Part shown: positions 42,318 to 50,600 of the stretch, one piece after another
Numbering within the stretch: the stretch's first letter is position 1
How the letters are laid out: the number at the start of each line of letters is the position of its first letter
NCBI GenBank assembly: GCA_022703055.1
Contig: JAKLEP010000001.1
Location: 282,850-346,849, forward strand
DNA length: 64,000 bases
Direction: 5' to 3'
From: Candidatus Omnitrophota bacterium
Lineage (GTDB): Bacteria; Omnitrophota; Gorgyraeia; VGKH01
Position numbers and translations under genes: made by a program
The notes under the pieces: generated by a model
Told to the model about the DNA's origin: nothing
What the model saw: only the letters and a program-made list of their open reading frames with translations
Databases searched by the model: none

Positions 42318-44330
42318 ATGAAGAAAACATTAGTTTTATTTTTTGGGTTGTTGGCTGTGTCTATTCAATCCAGTATTTGCGCAGATGAGGATGTGGATTT
42401 GGATAAAATTGTTGTCACTCCTTTTAACATCAGGACGCCGATTTCTAAAGTCACCAAGGGTGTGACCGTTATTACTAGGGAAGACATAAAATTTTCCAGG
42501 GAGAATTCATTGCCGGAGCTTATTAAGAATAAAACCGGCATTATCGTGACGGATCAGATTTCAAGCCCGAAAGGGGTAAAGGTTGATATGAGGGGATTCG
42601 GTGATTCCAGTCTCTCTAATGTGCTAGTGCTTATCGATGGCAGGAGAACCAACCAGATTGACCTCTCAGGAGTTGACTGGAGCCAGATTAGCCTTGATTC
42701 AATCGAAAGGATAGAAGTGGTACGTGGTTCTTCCACTGTCCTTTATGGCGACAACGCCGCAGGCGGTCTGATTAATATCATTACCAAGAAAGGACTGACT
42801 TCCAAGCCCGAAATTAAAATGGGGATGAGCCTCGGTAGCCATCAATTTAAGAAAGGATTTACTAGCTTCGGTGGCAACAGCGAGTTTGCCGACTATTTTA
42901 TCAATTATTCCCATCAGGAATCAAATGGATACCGGGCAAACAGCGAATATTGGGATAATAACATTTTTGGAAAAACGACCTTGCGGCCGAGCGATAATCT
43001 TGAGCTGGAGCTTTCAAGCGGTTATCACCGCGACCGCTTTGGCCTTCCCGGCGCGCTTTATCCTTCGGAGATTGAATCAGGAGGGAGAAGAGGCACGGTC
43101 TATCCGTACGATGGAGGATTTACTTCTGATTGCTTTGTTACGCCTGTTCCAAAGCTAAAATTTTCTTTCGGTGAACATGATATCAATCTATCGCTTTTTA
43201 CTTCTTACAGGGAAAGGCGCAGCAAGGGCCTTACGGTGTATACGCAAGGCGTCTCCGAATATGAAACAGTGCATTATATTCTCGCCGACGAGATAAGGCC
43301 GAAATTGGAGATTAACTCGGCTCTCAGTGGAGTTGATAATAAATTTGTCGCAGGCATTGATTATTTTCACGCCAAGGACAATATCTTAAGCGGCAACAGG
43401 ATCGGCAACCAGCAGGATGAGGCAGATATCCTTAAAGATACATTCGGCATTTATCTTTATGACTTGGCCGAGACCTGGGGTAAGTTTCTGTTAAATTTCG
43501 GCGGCAGGCTGGAATATGCAGATTATGTTTTTGATCAGAAGGGCCTGGTGGCTAATTATGATTCCAAGTCCATAAGAGACGGCGCATACGACTTCGGGAT
43601 CGGCTATGAATACGATAAGAAATCTCAAGTGTACTTCAATTACGGCCGTTCCTACAGGCTGCCCAATACCGAGGAATATTATTCCAATAAATATCTCTGG
43701 GGCGGGATTGAATACGGCGGATTAAACTCAAGCCTCAAGCAGCAGCAGTCCCACAACTATGAATTGGGCATACGCCACAATGCTTTTGATTGGGTGGATT
43801 TTAACGCCGATATTTTCCTTATGGATATCAAGAATGAAATTTATTACGACCGTTTTTCCTTTACCAATACCAACTATAAACCGCAGACCCGCCATTACGG
43901 GCTAGAGCTTGAATCAAAATTTGATTTATGGGAGGGCAAGGTCCAGCCTTTTATGTCCCTGACTGCCCAGGAGTCGTTCTTTAAAGGAGGGCCTTATGGC
44001 AAAAAAGAGATACCCTTTGTGCCCAATGTTTTTGCCGCAGGCGGCGTAAGCTTATCTTTGTTTAAGGATTTAAAGTGGACTATTTCCTGCAATTATACCG
44101 GCCCAAGGTATGCGATTAATGATTTGAAAAACGAATATTCGGAATTGAAGTCATTTACTACTTTTGACACTACGTTGAATTACACAATCAAGAACCTGGA
44201 GTTTTGGTGCGCGATTAAGAATTTGTTTAACCGTAACTACTCAGAGTATGGGATTATCGGCAGCTCAGGCAAGGCGTATTATCCGTCGGATAAGATTAAT
44301 TTCCAGTCGGGGGTGACGTTGACTTTTTAG
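42318..44330 (+). CDS. TonB-dependent outer-membrane receptor (BtuB-like by riboswitch context)
   Basis: 670 aa with a signal peptide, the TonB-box-like DKIVVTP, plug-domain blocks (IEVVRGSSTVLYGDNAAGGLINIITK), and a beta-barrel ending in the terminal aromatic ...GVTLTF. Confidence 0.9.
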   Translation: MKKTLVLFFGLLAVSIQSSICADEDVDLDKIVVTPFNIRTPISKVTKGVTVITREDIKFSRENSLPELIKNKTGIIVTDQISSPKGVKVDMRGFGDSSLSNVLVLIDGRRTNQIDLSGVDWSQISLDSIERIEVVRGSSTVLYGDNAAGGLINIITKKGLTSKPEIKMGMSLGSHQFKKGFTSFGGNSEFADYFINYSHQESNGYRANSEYWDNNIFGKTTLRPSDNLELELSSGYHRDRFGLPGALYPSEIESGGRRGTVYPYDGGFTSDCFVTPVPKLKFSFGEHDINLSLFTSYRERRSKGLTVYTQGVSEYETVHYILADEIRPKLEINSALSGVDNKFVAGIDYFHAKDNILSGNRIGNQQDEADILKDTFGIYLYDLAETWGKFLLNFGGRLEYADYVFDQKGLVANYDSKSIRDGAYDFGIGYEYDKKSQVYFNYGRSYRLPNTEEYYSNKYLWGGIEYGGLNSSLKQQQSHNYELGIRHNAFDWVDFNADIFLMDIKNEIYYDRFSFTNTNYKPQTRHYGLELESKFDLWEGKVQPFMSLTAQESFFKGGPYGKKEIPFVPNVFAAGGVSLSLFKDLKWTISCNYTGPRYAINDLKNEYSELKSFTTFDTTLNYTIKNLEFWCAIKNLFNRNYSEYGIIGSSGKAYYPSDKINFQSGVTLTF

Positions 44331-44361
44331 GATTTACTAAGTATTGAGATAGAATTAGGGA

Positions 44362-44398
44362 GGGGCCGCCCGCCACTGTTTCGATGGCGGGCGGCCCC
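44362..44398. terminator. GC-rich palindrome (terminator-like; member of a CGCCA(C/T)TG...TGGCG hairpin family)
   Basis: GGGGCCGCCCGCCA ctgtttcga TGGCGGGCGGCCCC, a 14-bp perfect stem, lies 30 nt after the receptor stop. The T-tract (CTTTATCTT) is only weak. Confidence 0.6.
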
Positions 44399-44455
44399 CT
44401 TTATCTTATTATCCTGCAATAAGTTATATTCCTTTGTTCCCAAATCAAATCATAC

Positions 44456-44484
44456 TTGACAAATCATCAAATATATGTTATACT
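44456..44484 (+). promoter_or_regulatory. Near-consensus sigma-70 promoter for the giant RHS-type gene
   Basis: TTGACA (44456-44461), a 17-nt spacer ending in TGt, then TATACT (44479-44484). This leaves a 5' UTR of about 150 nt. Confidence 0.6.
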
Positions 44485-44639
44485 TCTTTCGTAAATTCCT
44501 TTCGAAGATAATTAATCGCCTAAATAGGCAAAATTATGTATCAAAAACTCCTTCAAAAACCCTATCTTTATTCTAAGTCCGCTAAAACCAGCAATATAAT
44601 TCTAATCAAAAGCTCTGTCATTATCAAAAGGAGTCCGGA

Positions 44640-47600
44640 ATGAGAAAGATAGCCTTTGCAGTGCTTTTGTCTTTTGTTATGATCTCTGCCTTTCAGGTAA
44701 ATATCTTTGCAAAAGAAGAGATTGCGTTTAGTGAACAAAAATTAGCAGAAGAGGTAGCCGACGGTTCTCAGGCAAAACAAGAATCTCTCCCGGAAGAAAA
44801 CATTGAGCCGGAAGCTACGTTAATGACAACTACTACAACTACAAGTGGTGGTCAGCCATACCAGTCCACAGAGAAATTTCAGGTTGAGCCATCAACTGGG
44901 ACTGCTTCGGTAAATATCCCCATAGAGGTTCCAGCAGGAAGAAGTGGCATCCAGCCAAGTCTTTCCTTAATGTATAACTCCAGCTCGCCAAACGGAATCT
45001 TAGGTGTGGGTTGGAATTTGGAGCTTGGTTCTATTCAGCGTTCCACAAAAAGAGGCGTACCCACCTATAATGATTCACAAGATATCTTTGTTTTAACTCA
45101 GTCCGGCTCAAGCCAGGAATTAGTTCCTATCGGAGGCAACCAGTATCGCGCAAAGATCGAAGGTACGTTTATGAAGTTTGAATATCAAGGTTCTTCGAAC
45201 GGCTGGATTGTCACAGACAAAAAAGGCATCAAATATTATTTTGGCCAGAATTCCAGTTCCCAACAGTCGGGGAGCGGAATGATTTTTAAATGGTGTTTAG
45301 ACAAAGTCGAAGACCTGAGTGGCAATTACATGACAATTACCTACTCGAAGAATCAGAACCAGATTTATCCTCAACGCATCTATTATACCGGTAATTCGTT
45401 CGCAGGGGATTCTACATTTGCCGACATTGAATTTTCTTGGGAACAAACCAGAAATGATATCACTAGTTCTTATCGAAGCGGTTTTGCGGTTATTACCGAA
45501 TGGCGGCTTCAATACATAAATATAATAGCCGATACCCTATTACAACGAACTTATAGATTCCATTATGAATACTCACCTTCGAGCGGCCGGTCTCTTTTAA
45601 CTTCGATAACTCAATATGGCGCAGACGGCACAACTTCTCTTCCGTCAACTACATTTAATTATCAAACAATCTCTTCGAATTTTAATTTGGCTTCGGGCTG
45701 GAACATTCCGCAGGAATTACAATTTGGCCACTGGAGGTCCAGCCGGGGGTTTTTCGTGGATGAGGGGGTGCGCTTAGCCGATGTAAATGGAGACGGTCTC
45801 ACGGACGCGATTAGATATAAAACTTCTTCCGAAAAAGGCGTCTATATCAATAGAGGTAGTGGTTGGTTCCTAGATCCATCTTGGAATTTACCTCCAAATT
45901 CCCCTATAGAAATGCGTTTTGTCGGAGATCGCGATTGCTATATAGCCGACCACGGCGTGCGCTTAGCCGATATAAACGGAGACGGATTTATAGATATGGT
46001 AAGGCATTTTCATGCCACCTGCCCTGAAAACATATACAATCTAGTTTATCTAAATAATAAAAGTAATGGTTGGTATTTATCCTCTTTGACTATGCCGTCC
46101 GGAACTCATTTTATTACCGATCATAGCTGCGGCGGCGCATGCGTTGGTTGGCAGCAGAATATGGGGGTTTTATTGGAGGATATTAATGCCGATGGATTCA
46201 CCGATGTTATTGAGGCAGGAGATCATAGGCGCTGTTTTATTAATAATAACGGAACAGGCTGGACAGAAACTGCCGTATTTGCTCCGCCATCAGATGTTAC
46301 CTTCACTGATGGTAACTGGACCTTAGCCGATGTAAACGGAGATGGCCTACCTGATATAGTCAAAGCAACAAGAGAGGGTGTTTACAAAACATACCTTAAT
46401 AATGGAGCGGGTTGGGTGGATAGCCCTGCATGGTATATGACCGAAGGTAATTTTGAAAGAAGCAAAACGCAGCTGGTAGATATTAACAGTGATGGCTTGG
46501 CCGACATTGTTGTTGCCAATGAATCTGGCCAGAGGGTGCTGATTAATAATGGCAATGGCTGGACGTATAATGCCGCTTGGTCAAGTTCATTAAGCAGCAA
46601 TAGCATCGATTTAACCGATAGCCGCACACGGCTCTTGGACGCCAACGGCGATGGCCTTATAGATTTGATGCGTCATTATAATTTTGAAGGAGGGAAATTA
46701 TATCTTAATGACGGTGCATCCAGCAATAATTTCACAGATTTGCTTTCAGGCATAGACAACGGCATCGGCGCTACTACTAGTATTAATTACACGCCGTCAA
46801 CGCAATATGATAACAAAGGCAGTGATAGTATATCAGATTTATCATTTCCTATTCAGACCGTGTCTTCGGTAACGGTGATCGATCAGGTCTCGAGCCAAAG
46901 ATACACCACCCATTACGAATACAAAAACGGCGTGTTTGATTTCTCGGAAAGGGAATTCCGCGGTTTCGGCTCGGTGAAAACAAGCCAAGGAAATAATCTG
47001 ACTACAAATTATAATCCATCGTTTGAATCCTGGTCTCAAGGTTCCAACAAAGCTCCTGATGGTTGGACGATAATAGGGGCGGTAGAAAGAAGCGATTCTG
47101 TCAAAAAGGAAGGCTTATACAGCGCGGCGGTTACAGATACAGGTTACGGCAGTTATTTATATAGGAGGTTGCCTCTCGAAGTATTTGGGGGTAAAAGCAT
47201 AGCCTTAGGAGCTTGGGTTAAGGCTTCTTTACCGAATCAGGCCAGGATATGCATCTGCACTTGCGGTGGCTGGTATTATTCCGATTTTCACTCTGGAAGC
47301 GGAGAGTGGGAATTTTTAACACTGCCGCTCTACATAGAGGAGGCTAGCCCTTGTTTAAGAGTTCATTTGTTTGTCGATCAACCGGGTACGGTATATTTTG
47401 ACGGTGTCAAGATTATAGAAAGCAATTCATTCTCCGATTATGGTTATAGCGAGACCGAGTTCCTTCAGGATAATATTTATAAGGGGAGAGTGAAGGAGAA
47501 CCGAAGTTACGATGTTCTCGGCAATCTTTATGACAAAACCGTCAATACCTGGCAAAATCAGGATCTAAGCAATGGTTCAAGATTTGTTTATCTTGGCCGG

Positions 47601-50600
47601 ACTGATAATTATCTCTATAATGGTGATTCTTCTTACAAACAGACGGCTACGCAATATCAATACGACAACTATGGCAATCCTCTCAAAGTTTCCGAATTGG
47701 GCGATGTCAGTCAATCCGGAGATGAACGCTATAGCTACACCGAATATATTTACAATGAATCAAATTGGTTGTTGGGTTTACCGAAAACTACGTATCTTAA
47801 GGATTCCTCAGATAGCAATATTATAAAACAGTCTTGGTTTTATTATGATGGCCACCAAAACTTAACCGATTTACCGACCAAAGGATTCTTGACCAAGCAA
47901 GAAGATTGGCTTCAAGGCGGAACAAATCCTACTGCGCGTTTTGTCTATGATGACTATGGCAATTTGCTTACTACCATTGATGCGTTGGGTCATTCATCCA
48001 GCGTTACTTACGATACGGATTATCATATTTTCCCGCTCACTGCTACCAATGCCCTCGGCCATCAGGTGATAAATGAATATTACGGCGTAAACGGAGTGGC
48101 TTTGGACGATGGCACCTATCGCGGTCTTTGGGGGCAACTTAAATCCACAACGGATCCTAATAATCACGCTGGTTTTTCTATTTATGATACTTTTGGTAGA
48201 ACACTAAAACAGATTTCGCCGGAAGATTCTATAGAATACCCAACATCTAGTGTCGAGTATTATCTTAATTCAGTCCCCATTAAAATAATTTCCCATCAAA
48301 GAGAGATTTCTGGCCAAGATGGAACGATTGACTCGGTTAGCTTTTATGACGGCCTAGGAAGATTAATTCAGACCAAAACCGAATCAGAAGAAGCGGATAA
48401 ATTTATTGTCTCGGGCCAGACGGAATACGATTATCGCGGTCTGCCTTCCAAAAAATATCTGCCTAAGTTTACAAATAACCCGATAGACACAATAGACCCG
48501 ATAGACCCGAGTGGCCCTCATTCAACAATCTCGTATGATGCCATGGGAAGAGTTGTCAAATCTACTAACCCCGATGGAACTTACTCAAGCGTCATTTACG
48601 ATGATTGGGTAACTACAGCCATCGACGAAAACGGCCATAAGCAAAAATCTTATGTTGATGCTTACGGCAGATTGGTGAAGAGGGAAGAGTTCACCGGCGC
48701 AGACGGCAGGAGCCCGAATTATCCAACTACACCCTATGCCCTATACGCTACGACCCAGTATTCATACGATGCTATGGGCAATCTCACTCAAACCAAAGAC
48801 GCGCACAACAATATTGTTGCAATCCAATATGACACTTTGGGCAGAAAAGTTTCCATGGACGACCCTGATATGGGAGCCTGGAGTTATCAATATGACGCTT
48901 TAGGAAATTTAAGCGCACAGACTGATGCCAAAGGCAAGATAACCAATTTCGCTTATGATAATCTTAATCGTCTGACCCAAAAGACTTTCTCTGATGGAAC
49001 TTTACCGGTCAATTATACTTACGATGATGCTGCAGTTCCAAATTCCAAAGGACGGCTTACCAAGGCGAATTATCAGCTGACTGCAAATACAAATTTTGTC
49101 TATGATGAGTTGGGCAGAGAAGTCAAGTCCACCAAGAAAATAGAAAGCTCCGATTACGAAGTCCAGCGTTCATATGATGCGGCAGGGAGGCTTTTATCGG
49201 TTAAATATCCCGATAATGAATCGGTATTTTATTCCTATAACCGGAGTGGCCAGGTTGAACAGGTAGCTGGTTCTCCAATTGCTACCGATACCCAGACAAA
49301 ACTGCTTTTGCATGTCGATGGAGCCGATGGCTCAACTTCTTTTAGAGATGATTCGTTAGCTAATCACTCTATAGCGGCTTTCGGTAATGTCCAATTGGAT
49401 ACTTCTCAAAGTAAATTTGGCGGTAGCTCTGCGTTATTTGATGGAAACGGAGACTATCTTTCGATTTCCGACAGCAGTAATTGGAATTTCGGCTCAGAAG
49501 ATTTTACCATTGATTTTTGGGCAAGATTTGAATCTCTTTCTGGAGACCCGAAGATGATTATACATCAACAGGATTACGATACAACGACGTGGTATGTAAT
49601 GTATTATCCTCCAACACATGCGGTACATTTTCTTTTTCTAAAAGACAATGTAGCTGAATTATCTCTTTATAAAGAGCTAGAGTTATCTCTTGCTACGTGG
49701 TATCATTTTGCTTTTGTCAAGTCAGGCACGACTGCCTATATGTTTATAAATGGATCTTTAATAATGTCTGATTCTTGTTCTGCCTCGCTTAATAATTTCT
49801 CCTCAAATTTAGCCATAGGTTCCCATGTTTTTGGGACTATGATGTTTTTTGATGGCGAGCTAGATGAATTCCGCATTTCCAAAGGCATCGCCCGCTGGAC
49901 TTCAAATTTTACACCGCCAAATGAGCCGTATTCTATAGTTTCAGGAGATGTTCAGTACTACGTATCTAATGTCGATTATAATGCTTCCGGTCAAATCACC
50001 AGAATCGAATACGGAAATGGCGATATTACAGAATATACTTACGACCCGTTAAATTTGCGGCTGACGCATTTGGTAACGACCAGCCCAGCCTCAGGGATTA
50101 TCCAGGATTTAAGTTACCAATATGATTCGGCAGGCAATATCCTGCAGATTATTGATAATGTTAACACTGGCTCGCAAACTTTTCAATACGATGAACTGAG
50201 CAGGCTTGTTGTTGCTAGCGGTAGTTATGGCACCGAATATTTTGATTACGACGAAATCGGCAATATAACCCTAAAAGATGGAGTGATTTATTCTTATGGC
50301 GCAGGCTTAGCCGGGCCGCACGCAGTTACATCGGGTTCTGACGGTTCAATATTTTCTTACGATGCAAACGGAAACATGGTCTCTATGACTAAAGGGTCAA
50401 TAAATACGAGATATGAATATGACGCCGAAAATCGCTTAAAAAGTGTTATCAAGAATAATCAGGCATTGGCAAGTTTTGCTTATGACGGCGATGGGGGCAG
50501 GACCAAAAAAACTTTATACAAATATTCCGGAGGAGGTGGATGTTTCTTAGCCGGGACGCCGATTTTGATGGCCGATGGCTCGACTAAGCCGATTGAAAAG

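Noticed and set aside
44536-44643. 35-codon upstream ORF (MYQKLLQKPYLYSKSAKTSNIILIKSSVIIKRSPE) whose TGA overlaps the ATG of the giant gene (ATGA)
   Set aside because: It has no convincing Shine-Dalgarno and an AT-rich, low-information sequence. The giant gene has its own strong RBS. It could be a coupling uORF, but nothing in the sequence supports it beyond the overlap.
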